Origin: Phoronis australis
Lineage: Eukaryota > Animalia > Phoronida
Direction: 5' to 3'
DNA: 64,000 nt
Assembly: GCA_002633005.1 (NCBI GenBank)
Contig: NMRA01000247.1
Location: forward strand, 221,208 to 285,207
This document shows positions 63,890 through 64,000 of the stretch, one piece after another (position 1 is the first letter of the stretch; each line of letters begins with the position of its first letter). Under the pieces are notes generated by a model. It searched no databases, was not told the DNA's origin, and worked only from the letters and a program-made list of their open reading frames with translations. The translations under genes were made by a program, and so were the position numbers.

Positions 63890-64000
63890 TACCGTAATCG
63901 TTCGGGTTAACGCCCTGGGCGGTTAAATTGGCGAACCCAAAAAATCAGGGGTGGGCGGTTAACCAGACATGGGCGCTTAAACGTGAAATTTCAAGAAATC
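63890..64000. mobile_element. Probable MITE end (TA|CCGTA terminus, Tc1/mariner-pogo-like)
   Basis: An abrupt GC-rich block begins taccgtaatcgttcgggttaacgccc and contains internal tgggcggttaa repeats; the other end is not visible in the window. Confidence 0.45.

Overview
Eukaryotic, probably marine-invertebrate bilaterian, genomic DNA with AT-rich introns and canonical GT-AG splice sites. Most of the window (4360-63783, minus strand) is the 3' part of one giant gene. I reconstructed 69 coding exons by hand with consistent splice phases (about 15.76 kb CDS, about 5,250 aa in-window); the 5' end lies beyond base 64000. The product looks like a type-I single-pass membrane protein. It has >3,000 aa of Cys-rich CPxGxYCPxG (Ephrin_rec_like / GCC2-GCC3 type) repeats built from a ~700-715 aa super-repeat, an RRRLL site and a Cys-poor juxtamembrane domain, then one TM helix. 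The ~1,650 aa cytoplasmic part has a repeated coiled-coil motif and a globular domain with a degenerate HExxH-like (HSLSH) motif. Introns carry Penelope-like (GIY-YIG) retroelement relics, fold-back palindromes with minimal hammerhead-ribozyme-like motifs, a Kolobok-type DNA transposon with a P2X7-ballast/KolX-like remnant, an inverted tRNA-derived repeat, a Helentron-associated-type repeat with two CTCF motifs, and a 56-bp minisatellite abutting a splice acceptor. The 3' UTR region contains diverged tandem duplications. No database searches were run; family assignments come from motif recognition.
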